NCBI RefSeq assembly: GCF_000315625.1
Contig: NW_005434660.1
Coordinates: 296,711 to 360,710 of the forward strand
Direction: 5' to 3'
Source: Guillardia theta CCMP2712
Lineage: Eukaryota > Protista > Cryptophyta
Length of the DNA: 64,000 nt
Part shown: one piece after another, positions 41,538-53,520 of the stretch
How positions within the stretch are numbered: position 1 is the first letter of the stretch
Layout of the letters: every line of letters begins with the position of its first letter
Notes under the pieces: model-generated
What the model was told of the DNA's origin: nothing
Databases searched by the model: none
The model's input: only the letters and a program-made list of their open reading frames with translations
Program-made: the position numbers and the translations under genes

Positions 41538-42970
41538 TTACTTGTTGAGGAATATACTGCGGTCAATCTCTCTCCATTTCCCCTCCTCTAGGTTCCCGAG
41601 AAAGAGATCTCCTACTCTCACCCTATGAAGGCGAAGCACTTTCATCCCAACAAGAGCGCACATCCTCCTTATCTGCATGCCCAGTGTCACAACCACATCT
41701 ATGAGTGGATCAGCGGCAGAGCTTGTTTAGCTCTAATCCAAAAGTGGTGATCATTTCTGACCTGCCGGTACCTCCCTTCGGAAAGCACGATTCGCAGAGT
41801 GATGGAGTCATTGGATGGAGAAAACATTCTCTCATCAAGAACATCGACTTGAGCTGGCTTCAGCGCCTTTCCATCGAGACTGAGACCGTGCCGGAGACGA
41901 TGGATGGAAGGAGTCAAGTCGCTGAGTTGACCTTCCAAAAGTTCATTCTGATTGGAATCGCAACAGGAAGCAAGAGGATGGGACTGGAGGAGGGTATGAG
42001 ACGAGAAGGGAAGCTGAGGGAAAAAGGAGACACGGGAGTCTACAGAAAATTACCTGAAGGGTGAACCGTAACGTGATACTCTTTCTCGATTTTTGACTCT
42101 TGTCCGATCTGTTCATGCACTCATCGGATCGCAAGTAACGAGGGGAGTCGAGTAGCACCAGTTTTCTTGCGACTACTCCATCTTGAGTGAAAATCAACAG
42201 GCCGCTACCTTGAAGGAAAACAGATTAATAACACGTTTGCACACCCCAGTCTTTCACTCTCGAAATCCAGTCGTCCGGCGCATGCGAGGCCAGTCAAGGT
42301 TGAAGGAACAACAGCACGGGAGTAAGCTCGTGTGTGCTGGTTGAGAAGCAGAGTCAGAGGATGGAGCAAGGGTAAGCTGCTAGGAAAAACCTCGACGTCC
42401 GCTGAGCTCTGATTCTCTAGCGTGAGGAGCCTGTGGCGGGCGTCATTGGGGTGGTTGTGCTATCGTCGGGCTGACTTGATGGCCAGGCGATGCCGGTCTC
42501 TCTTGGAGGTCGCGTCAGAGTTCTGAGAGATCCAGTTGATCGGCTTGTGCAGCATGACTGTTAGTTCGCTCATCTTCTCTTCCTGCGCCTGCCCGACATG
42601 TCAACCTCACCGGCTCAAGCGCTGGGGTCAAGTGTTTCACCTCCTGAAGCAGGCGGACAGTAGCGTGTCGTGATACTTCTTCACCGAGTAGAGCAATCCT
42701 TCCGTCCACATCAACCAGCCCACGGCGAACCTTCCAAGGCCTGGTGTCACCTCATCGGCAGCACAAAGAAGGATTCGAGTACAAATTCATTAGCTTCTCT
42801 TCGCGAGCAAATTCCTTTCCTGGGGTTGAAGAATCAGCCGATGGTATCAACCTTAATAGTTGTATCAAACATACAATGACATGAGCCTGTTGATGTTCAG
42901 AAGTTCCTCTCCATCGCTGCTGTTGCTGAGCCCCCGGAAGTTCGTAGGCCCTGGCCGGTCCCTCCGCCAT
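41538..42970 (-). CDS. Pseudouridine synthase, RsuA/RluB/E/F family with S4 domain
   Basis: [17 protein letters not shown] (catalytic Asp), [19 protein letters not shown]|[27 protein letters not shown]. Confidence 0.9.
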
Positions 42971-43817
42971 GGTATTCCGCCGCTACATCTCAGCAGCGCT
43001 GCGAGTGAATGCTTCCTCCCTAACTGGAGCATGATTGAGCTATCCTGATCTCATCTCGCATCGTTCCCTTCCTTCCCTCTCCTCTCCCAGCCCATTCTGC
43101 CCCCTCATCGCCCCATCGCCCTGCGCTTTCGATCCGATCCTTGCTGTTTGGTCTACCTATCACCCCCTTGAGAACATCACCCCCCTTTTCTACTAATTTA
43201 TTCAGACACCATGACCGGTAGATTTGGTCCTCACGACAAGCCCACCCCCTCCTGCCTCGTGCGGGGGGAAAGCAATGGCCGAGAGCAGGGATTGCAGGCG
43301 GCCGAGAGAAAGATGGCGAAAGAGGGAAGAGGAGAAGAGAGGGAGGAGGAAGAGAAGAAGGCCATGCCGTGTTAGTGCAGAACAGAACTTGCTTTATTCT
43401 AGCTTGTAGACGGGAGCCCAACGTGGTGAATTGATGCAGAGCATGTTCTTGGAATGAGTCAGAGGAAAGCATCGTTCCATAAGGCGAGAGGGTTGCTCGA
43501 GTAGGCACCTTGCTCCTTGCTGTGCCAGCATAGTGATGAGCATGTAAGATGGAATGACTTGCTGTCATTTCATGCATAGGGAAAGCATGGGTTCCACAGC
43601 GAACCTGAAATCATCTAGATTCCGTGATGAGGAGGCAGCATGGGTGGAGTGGGTGGGAAGAGAGGGAGAGGGAGAGGGAAGGAGTAGAAGATGAAAATCA
43701 AGGAGTGAGGGTGAAGTATTGCACATGGAGAGATGGCATGTAAGGTCTTGATCTCTCAAGGGTTGATTGGCTCACCTTTACTAACTAGAAGATTCAGGTG
43801 CGCGAAAGCATTGATCG

Positions 43818-45767
43818 ATGGCCAAGCCATTGAAGACTACCGGAGACAAGTCAAGCAATGCGAGCAAGCCCAAGGACAAGCGGACAGTCTTTTCTTTCTT
43901 TCGGGTGATGGAGCAATTGGCGATGAGAGTGAGCGTCTCATGGTGATTGTAGGTGTTCGCGACTGTACTCGTCTTCGTCCTGATCTCAGTGTACGTCTTG
44001 AACGATAGCCCGTTTGCTCAGGAGCATGAGAACACACCGAGATCGTACAAGGCAGAGCGAGAGATCGTGCGGAGGATGTTCTACCATGCTTACGACGGCT
44101 ACCTCCTCCACGCTTTCCCCAAGGACGAGCTTGCGCCTATCAGCTGCACAGGACACGACACGCACAACTGTCAAGGATGTATGCTCACCTTCTATGACGC
44201 CCTGGACACGCTTGCGGTGCTTGGGAACAGGACTGAGTACCAGCGAGTGGTGAACTGGATCATCAAACATGGCGAGGAAACCTTCGACAGGGACGTGACG
44301 GTTTCTGTGTTCGAGACCAACATTCGCATCCTTGGCAGTTTGATCTCCAACCACCTCCTTGCCTCCGACAAGGACCTCAATCTCATGCCGGGATACAATG
44401 GCGAGCTCCTCACCCTCGCGCTCTCTCTAGGCAACAGGCTCGTCAACGCGTACATGACCCCGACAGGGCTGCCCTATGGCAGCATCAACCTGAAGAGGGG
44501 GATTCAGTATGGGGAGACGACAGTGACGGCGACGGCGACGGGCGGGACGGTGCTGCTGGAGTTTCTGTTGCTGAGCAAGCTCACGGGCAAGAAGATCTTC
44601 TCTGTCGTAGCCGAGAAGGCGACCAAAGCGCTGTGGGAGCGACGGTCGCAGTTGGGGCTACTTGGGTCTCATATCGACGTCAACACTGGGAACTGGGTTT
44701 ATTTTGACAGTGGGATAGGGGGGGGGATAGACTCTTTCTACGAGTACCTGCTGAAAGCCTACTTTCTTACGGGCAAGTCTACCTACCTCAACATGTTCGA
44801 TGAGGGGTACGCTGCGATCAAGAAGCACATTTTCATCGACGGAAAATCCGTAGGATGGTATGTCGACGTCAACATGTACACTGGAAAGGTGCCCTGCTCC
44901 CTTGCTCTGCTCACATTGACTGTATACCTCGTTCAGGTCATGTTCCCCTTCTACCGCAGCCTACAGTCCTTCTGGCCGGGGCTCCAGGCCCTCTACGGTG
45001 ACGTTGAAGAGGCTGAGACGCTCTTCATGCAGTTCTTCGAGGTGTGGGCCAAGTATGGCTTCGTTCCAGAGGCCTACAACCTGCTGGTCCATGCGCCGGA
45101 GAAGGGGCTAGAGCAGTATCCACTGCGACCCGAGCTAGCCGAGAGCGCTTTCTACCTGTACAGGGCGACAGGGAAGGACAAGTTCCGCCAGGCTGGGGCG
45201 ATCATCCTGTCCTCCCTTGAGAAGTACGCCAAGGTGCAGTGCGGGTACGCAGCTATCGAGAACGTGGAGACGAAGAAGGTCAGGGACCACATGGACTCTT
45301 ACTTCTTGGCTGAGGTGAGGGGAGAATCCCTCGGATGGGAGGAAACTGACTTCTCCTGCTCCTGCTTCCTCTCTCCCTTTGCTCCGTCCCTCTGCTCTTC
45401 ATTTGTTGTCCTTCCATTCCTACCTTGTTCTTTCTCTTCGTTCAGACGGTCAAGTACTTGTACCTCCTCTTCGACGACTCTCCTGAGACGGCTATCTTCC
45501 GTAACGCGTCCAAGGTCCGGTAGCCATCCTTCTCGCAGGTCCGCTAACCATGGCCATGCAGTACATCTTCAACACTGAGGCGCATCTGCTCCCTCTGAGC
45601 AAGCCTCCTCCATCCGAGTTTCTCGTCTCTCCTGACAACCCGCCCGACCTCCAGACTCGCAAGGCCCGGATGAGCAAGCAAGGTAGGCCTCCCTTGCGTC
45701 AGTCTGTAGCTGACGTGATTTGTGATCAGCCAAGAAGAAGAAGAAGACAAAAACTCCCAAGTCATGA
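43818..45767 (+). CDS. GH47 alpha-1,2-mannosidase, EDEM-like, type II membrane anchor
   Basis: MFYHAYDGYLLHAFPKDELAPISC, VSVFETNIRILG, GIGGGIDSFYEYLLK, YPLRPELAES, DHMDSYFLAE|TVKYLYLLF, FNTEAH. Confidence 0.95.
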
Positions 45768-45801
45768 TGCCCAGGCTGCGAATAGAATACACGTTTTGGC
45801 C

Positions 45802-48194
45802 TCATGTCTGCTGTGACTTCTTTGATCCACATCCTTGAATCATCGCGTAGAGTGTGATAGTCGCCGTGACGAGAGCTGCAAGCAAGGGTCAGCCTACCTG
45901 CAGTCAACCTGTCCTCCCACCCTCTCCCTCCCCCTCTCCCTCTCCCTCTCCCTCTCCCTCTCCCTCTGTTTCTGTCTGAATCCTTCTGTGTGAATCCCCC
46001 TCCTCCTCCCTGCTCTCTGCGCCCTACCTGCTGCTGATCGATACATGAAGACCGATCCCCACACGTCCATGATTATTCCTCCCAGCACAGTCCCTGCTGG
46101 AATTTTAGCAGCGGCAGAACCAGCAAAGAAAGGCAGGGGAAGGGGCATAGGAAAAAGAGGCGCAGGAGGATAGGTGCCGAAGAGGAAGGGTGTCAAAAAC
46201 GAGGAGGATGAGGAAGGAGCAGCTGGGAGGAGAGTGTCTGGAACTTCACCTGTGATGTGTCCGAGCCCTCGTACTGTGTCTTTCAGGCCTTGCGTGGAGG
46301 TCTCGAGGCCCTTCGGTGCTGCAGGCAACTCCCGTCATCCCCTCCCTCGCCCTCCACAACCTCACACGCCTAGACCAATCGCTCCCTCCCCTCCCCACGG
46401 AGCTTTTCCTCCAGTCTCTTCTGCGGCACTTTCTCGACCAACACCACCTTCCCTTCGTTCACGACCACTATCTCCACCCTTCCTGCTTTTACCGAGCTCA
46501 GCTGCATAGTGCACTCCAGCAAGTTGCATGCAGGCATAGGTGACCCCGTGGAGGGGCTCGACGAAGAGGACAAACCTGGAAAGCATCTGGATCAGAGAAA
46601 CAGACTGGCATCCCCTCCCTGACTCCGTCCCTCCGAACTGTCCTCTTACGAGCTCACACCACATCCTCTCCGCATGGCCTGCTCGTTGACTGCGATGTCG
46701 TTCCTCAAGCCTTCATTTCCCTAACACTTGCACCCTCTGTTCTACGCCTCTCAGCGTTTACCAGGGATTCTTGAAGAGTGTGTAGCAGACGACACGAACG
46801 ATGTAAGAGATTGCTCCAATGACAACCAGAACGTGAACGTTGATGTGCTTGAGGATCCAGTCACTGTGGTTGAAGATGGGTATCTCGAACAAGACAGTGA
46901 CTACTACTGTGATCCCACACAAGAAGTTGTTGGCACCTGTCAATGGAATCAACAAAAGTGATCAAACTTTCACCCTGCTTCTTCTCCATCATTCCAAACT
47001 GCAAAACATCCCCTTCCTCCCTTCACTTACCTCCCTTCCTTCTACCTTTCGCTCCTTGACTCTCTCGCTCTCTCACCCACTTCCCCAATGGCATCTTCGC
47101 CGAGCCTTCCCAAGAACATCTGTCTTCCTGGCCTGCCCTTACTCATATTCACTACCCTATCAAGCCCCTAACACCTTCTCTTCCTCCATCCTCGCCCTCC
47201 GTCACACCCGATCATCCTCTTATGACCTACCCAGATCTTGAGTGAAGAAGAGGAAAACCAGTCCCTCCACCAACGACGTCCCGATGCCGAGCACGTAGAA
47301 GGTCACGAAGAAGCTCAAGCTCTCAAGCTTCTCTGCCCACACGATTTGCAAGACTTGCTGCACGACTCCCCGTAAGTGATTGAAGGAAAACCTGCCGGGA
47401 AAGAGATCAGCTGGGTAGAGCTGAGATCCAGCACAGCTCCGTCAACCTGTTCCAGGTCTTGTCCTTCTCCTCCTCAGCTCTCTTTTCTCCCTCTTCAGCC
47501 TCTCCAACATCAAACTGCTCGTACGTGCCCAGCGAAGACGCTGAATCCTTGGCTGGTTCACCCTGCTTCTTGCGCTCGAACAGCATCAGGTGAATGACCG
47601 CAAAGAGAACAACTGACGCCATTAGGAACCCAACCACCATCGTCCAGCTCCCAACAAAATCGAGAAGTGGACCAAGGAAGAGAGCGTTGACGAGGCCCCA
47701 GGAGACAGCTCCCCATAGCCTGCACTTGCCGTAGTTCCTCTTTGGATCTTCCAGGTTCTGAACTGAGAGGGTGTCCAGGATCGTGAAGACGGGGGTGAAG
47801 AAGAAGCTGTACGTGCAGCGGGCGAGCAGTGTCCAGGTGAAGAGAAGGGTACCGGAATGGAGAAAAGGAATCGCGTAAGGGATCAGGTAGAGACAGACAC
47901 ATAAAGACGAGCAAAGGATGTTCGCCTCCAGGACTTTCTTCTTTCCTTGAAGATAGTCGCACACCCCGGCCCATATCGGAGTCGCCGCTAACCCCGTGGC
48001 CGACCCTGCTGCAAGCAAGTAACCAACCTCTCCGTTGCTAAGGCCGAGGTCCCTAAAGAAGATGGCGAGGAAACGCCCCTGACAGGGCAATGGTGAGGGC
48101 TAGACGTCTTGCGAAGGGTTCACAAGCCAACCTGGCATGCCGCTGCCCAGAACGTGAAGAAGTAGAGGAACGATACAACCCTCCTCGAGGTCAT
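45802..48194 (-). CDS. Major facilitator superfamily transporter (MFS_1-like/MFSD6-like)
   Basis: Multiple TM segments; LGLSNGEVG, PIWAGVCD, YGKCRLWGAVSWG, VEPLHGVTYA. Confidence 0.88.
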
Positions 48195-48588
48195 AGTCGC
48201 GTGTGTGTCTTTGGCTTCTCAAGCCATTCGATGATCAACGCAACGCAGTTCTACAGGGCAAGTTCTTTCAGATCGCTATCGAATTCGCCAATGCCTTCCC
48301 TCCCTGTTCCCCCCCCCCCCCAAACACAACTCGCTGCTGAACTATCTCAGGGACATTCATTTTGATCTAAAATCTGGAAACAACCTCTTTTGAAATTTGA
48401 GAGGTGAAAATCTGGGACTTCGGGCTATCCAAAGTCAGGGGAACAGCACTCAGCAAATTTCTCTGTAGATCGAGCTGACCTCTCAAGGAGCTGGAACTAA
48501 GTGGCTTTCTCCCTCCCGAAGGCTTCGCCGTCTCCGGCATCTCCCTGCCGTGCCGTTCAATCTGAAACATGTGCGAGGAGGTTGGAAC

Positions 48589-48688
48589 NNNNNNNNNNNN
48601 NNNNNNNNNNNNNNNNNNNNNNNNNNNNNNNNNNNNNNNNNNNNNNNNNNNNNNNNNNNNNNNNNNNNNNNNNNNNNNNNNNNNNNNN
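48589..48688. other. Assembly gap (100 N)
   Basis: Run of N; true distance across it unknown. Confidence 1.
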
Positions 48689-49092
48689 CCTCGTCCCCCC
48701 CCCCCCCCCCCGTCCCAATAGCCTTGCATACAACCAGCACATTCATGCCCTTTTTACGCGTGCATGGTTAATACCAGCATCTGGACAAGAACATGTCGTC
48801 ATCCATACAAAATTCTCCTCCAAAGCCTGTCTTTCCAACCCATCATCATTGTTTCAATCCTTATCCTCATGCTCCTCATCTTCGTCGTCATCGTCATCTA
48901 CGTCTTCTAGTTATCTGTAGCCATCTCGTTGTCTTCGGCTCCAGGCCCTCTGCCATGGCCTTGTCTGCCTGTCTTTCTCATTGCCAATAATCTTTCGGGG
49001 ACACAGGGCCCCTTGAGGGGCCCAAATCCCCCCAAAGGGCCCTGATTTGAAGACCCTCATACAGCATCTTCCGAAACGGAGAGGGCGCGAAA

Positions 49093-51200
49093 ATGGTGGC
49101 ATACGAAAGAGGAGGACGGGCACGTTCCGTTGATGAAAACCGCACAAGAAGAGACCCATCCATTGCTGAGATAAGACAACTTGAAGATGACAAAATCTGG
49201 GAAATCGCCGTTTTGTTATCGAAAAGCATGTGCTGCAAACAATTTATGAAAGTGCTTGCAGGCATGTCGCGCAGTGTGAAACGGTTGTATGAAGGACTAG
49301 AATTGAATCATAGGTACCTAATCGAACTTCAGATAGTGAAAACTGGATCATCAGAGCTATATTCATTGTTTTTTGTGCGATCGAAATCAGCAAATTCACA
49401 AAATTTGCTTTTTTCTGCATATTTTGATGTGGCGTTTGGGGAAGATTTCACGGGGAGCGGTGAAGTCTGGGTTGTTTTGGTATTTCATGGACACCCCTCC
49501 AATAGACAGTTGGTTTGGAGACGGATTGAGCTGCCGTGCCGGAGGAATCTTCGAGTTTGTGCTGTGGAAGGAAATTCACAATTTGCTATGTAGTCCTCGC
49601 TAGTTCTGTCATGCTCATCAAGTAGGCATCTAAAAACGAGTTGAACCTAACGTCAGTGTCATGACGATATCGTCTCCTTCCTTTTGTGAGATTTCACTTG
49701 CCTAATCCCACTGAAACTGCGATTTTTCATCATGTTCTGTCAATGTACAAACTGACAATCGCAAGGATTTTTTCGATGACAAGTTCAACATTGAGAACTA
49801 TGGATGCCCACTTCAACCGTCAATGAATGTGGTACTTGGAAGCCTTTGTTTACACATGGATAATTCATATTGAGGTGAGAATATGATGCTTTCATGGGCT
49901 CGCGAATGTTGGTGTTGATACGAGTGCAGGAATGTTGGAACTGAGGTTTGCCCAGGCTTTTCATGTAGGAAACTCCAGTTGTTCACTCGGATATTCATTG
50001 CTCGACTCATGGAACTCGGATTTAGGCATCTGGAACTCAGTTCGTATCTGAAAGAAAGCTGCTATCACAGCACACCATGGAGATAATACTCCACTTCCAC
50101 GCTTGAATTTCGAACAGTATTCTTGAAACTTGTGAAGAAACTTGTCAATCCCAATGATGAACACCTAAAACTATGTCTACCATTGCAGTTTGATGCGTGG
50201 AGTAGACTTTCTGTGACAGAGCCGCCGAGTTTGAACGCGGACAGGTGTTTTATTCAGACCTCGCGTCAAACTTGGTTGCAGAAGGTGAAAAAGAGGCCCC
50301 TTCCAAATCATGCATTTGCGGACGCAATTGATCATGAACCACCAACGCAACCATCTAGAATACAAAGGTGATCACCTCTTGTATGATTCTGATTCAGATT
50401 TTCTTAAATTCTTTGACGTTCCATGTTGTCACTCTAGCATAATTGCAAGTATGTGTCGAAGAGGGGAGGTCAACGAAATAGTTTCGTAATGCAAAATTGA
50501 AGCATTTTCCCATTGTCGAGGCTCGTGATGCTTTGCATGTGCTTCCTTGAGATGATTGAAGATGGTTGCTCTCTGGTTTTGGTTCATAAATGTGGAAACA
50601 AAATCATGAACAATGTAAACCGATCCAATGTTGGAAATTCACATTTAGCAGACAATCCCAACAAAATCATGAGCGAGAAATACAAACAAGGTACAATACG
50701 CAAGAGAATGAAAGGAATTGTCAGTCATAGATATAGATTTCGAGATCATAAGGGTTTGAGCGTTGTGCAGCTTCATGATTCCAGTCTATTCACACTGACA
50801 TTCGGTCTGAATTCGTTGTGTCAGGAATTTACAAGCAGAAAAACTGTATAAAAAGTCCATTTGTCGTTGTGTAATAAGCCTACACTCAACTATCTCTGAC
50901 TTGGACAGGTTCAACAGAGTGTAAAACATCGGTTCAGGTGGGGATTAGTGCACTTGAATGATCTTTCATCGCATTCAGAATGTAGAGAAGAAAATGCAGT
51001 ACGAATCGACAATGATTACCGATGACAAAAAGAACTGTTGAATCAGTTTGATGAACTTCGACATGCTTGCAATATGTTCATAATATGAAAATGCAATCGA
51101 ATGAAGTGTTCAACACACTCAACATGCTTCCATTGCCATCTTTGGGTTTAGGGTTCATGAGTTTGGCGAGGCGACCAAATCACATTTTCATATTACAACA
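49093..51200 (+). pseudogene. AT-rich decayed gene region of unknown family
   Basis: ORF 49093-49593, then a ~210-codon frame ~49734-50371 broken by only two TGA and one TAA; TG/CA-rich like the interiors of the TIR elements. Confidence 0.4.
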
Positions 51201-52733
51201 TGATGAATAACTCATGATGTTACAACTTTCTCGTGAGTCATATACTTTTAGAATGATCTTGGTTGTGATTCAAGTGCAAGAAACATGTTAAAATATCAAG
51301 CTACATCCTCATCATCAGCTTTCCTGCGACTACCGCGCGCCATTGTTCGGCAGTAAATAGACCCCCACCACATCTCCAAATACCCCTACCCTATACTTTG
51401 ACTGCTTTGTGCTTTGAAGCAACCGGGACAAATCAAAAAGCGATGGACCCCTACCCTATTAATTTCCCTAACCCTAAGAAAACTTGCCGAAAATCAAGAA
51501 AACGGCAAAAATCAAGGTCTGCAATTTGTGTCCCCGAAAGAATAACAATCTTTCTCCGAGCCTGCCTAGCTTGGATGGACTGTCGGGCACCCTGCAAGGG
51601 GGCCGGGCCCGGCCGGACATCCACTGGCATCTTTATACTCAACAGGATACTGAACTCCTGATTGTCCTCGTACTGATTTTTAACTTAACTTTGAGTAAAG
51701 ACTTGATACTGGTGAACTCATTCGAGTACAGTCAAACACGTGAACTACTCAGGCGGCCCGGCCCGTCTGAATCTGTTGGAAGTCGTCCGGCTGTTGCATG
51801 GCCATGCGAGGCGTGGAAGCCAAGCGATGGGAGTTGGAGTCGAAGGTACGTTGGGGGAGGAGGCCCAGCGCCTGTAAAGGATCCAAAGCACTTTACCGCG
51901 TGCCATGGCATTAAACATGAAAGTTCAAATATTAGAGGGAAAAATGACAAATATATTTGAAATTTCATTGGAAACACCATGCCTCAGTTATGTCAGCTGC
52001 ATGGCACCAGAGCGGACTTGCATTGCAGCCACTTGAAATATTTTCGCAGTCAATCTGTTTTTCCTAGAAAATGAAAAGGAATTTTGAAAGGTCTTCCTGA
52101 AATCGCTCTATAAGGATCGAAACGCCATGGTTTGCCATGCTGCCCGCATGACCAGTCCACATCATGGATACCACCCCTAAAACGACTACCCTAATTACAT
52201 GACTCTGAGATACCGGTCATCTTGTCGGCTGATCTGAATTTATCTGGTTTTGCTCCCCTTCTGTCTCCTTCATGGATACCACCCTACCCTTTCATAGACC
52301 CACCCCTAGATTGAACACGCACCCTGCAGTGTTCTCCCGTGCAACTGTACACGATGATGCTTGGGCTAGAATTATTGACACTAAAGGTGAAAGAATTGAT
52401 ATGTACTCTTATACTAAATATTCGTATACAATATACCTCAAGTCTTCACATATACCCTCCCTCCGCAGGGAAAATGTATGTCTCTTTACTACCCTTGGTA
52501 TTAGTACCCACCCTGCCTCAAGAAGCTAAAGTGACGGCTATTGGAACAACTCCGTGCCGTTCCCCATATTACCTCCCCACACTCCTCTAGTTCATTTGCC
52601 CTCTTGTTGTTACAAAAGCGATCAATCCTTACCTCCCTTCACTCTACCTCTCCCTTGCCTCCTCCCCTTCTTCTTCCTACACGCCCTTCAGCCTTCTTCT
52701 ACCTCACTTCTCTTACCTCTCTCATTACTTGCT

Positions 52734-53318
52734 ATGTCCGACTCCCAAGAATCGTCTAACCGCACGACGAGAGACTACAATCAGTATCAGAGCTCACAGC
52801 CCAGGTACACGCATTCAAATTCTCCCTTCGTCGCAACGAGCCAGTCAGAGCGGCGCGAAGACTTCTCTTTCGGTAGAGTATGGGAGTTCCTGCAGAAGGA
52901 TGGGTTGTTCGGAAGGCTTTGCGAAAGCGGAGTGATCGGAAATCCCAATGCTCTCCGTATGTTGGGACAGAGTCATGCCGCGACAAGATTGGACTCGATG
53001 TCAACATGCACTTCATGGGCTTCCTCCTCGAGCAGCACGTTCACAGACAGCATTATCAGCTCACGTGGACAAATGTTTGCTGGACCATACTTCTCCTCTG
53101 ATGAGCAGAGTCAAAGGCTCGAATCAGTGAGTATGGGGATGTCGATGAACTGGTCATATCCCGATGATTCAACGGACCTGTCTTCCAGTGATAGCAAGAA
53201 GCGATTTGCCAGCACTTCCTCAGCGGATGCAACCGAGGGAAAGAAGGCAAAGAGGCTTCATCAGGAGGGTCTTGACGATGACTCTGAGCTCAGTATTGGG
53301 CCGGGGGTACCGGTTTGA
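52734..53318 (+). CDS. Intronless Ser-rich hypothetical protein (194 aa) with a basic NLS-like motif
   Basis: ATG at 52734 after a pyrimidine-rich leader; open to 53318; GKKAKRLH. Confidence 0.6.
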   Translation: MSDSQESSNRTTRDYNQYQSSQPRYTHSNSPFVATSQSERREDFSFGRVWEFLQKDGLFGRLCESGVIGNPNALRMLGQSHAATRLDSMSTCTSWASSSSSTFTDSIISSRGQMFAGPYFSSDEQSQRLESVSMGMSMNWSYPDDSTDLSSSDSKKRFASTSSADATEGKKAKRLHQEGLDDDSELSIGPGVPV

Positions 53319-53520
53319 GGCCTGAAAACATGAAATGATGTGTGAAGGTATCCTGTTCTGATTTTAATTATTCATTCGTATGTAAATAAAGTCGTGTACT
53401 CTATTCAAACTTGTCACTTGAAGTTTCGAAACCAGGGAAGAACTTTCATAAATCGCGAGCTGATGTACCGTTAGCTCATAACTCTCCCCTGACACTCTCC
53501 GAAACGCCATTGCAGTTAGC

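Noticed and set aside
48367-48920. ORFs spanning the N run
   Set aside because: Created by the assembly gap.
36328-51594. hAT-like terminal pair CAGTGCGCCCGAAA / TGTCGGGCACCCTG
   Set aside because: Only 11/14 match, no TSD, and it would overlap the other element and span housekeeping genes and a gap. Each could still be an orphan end.
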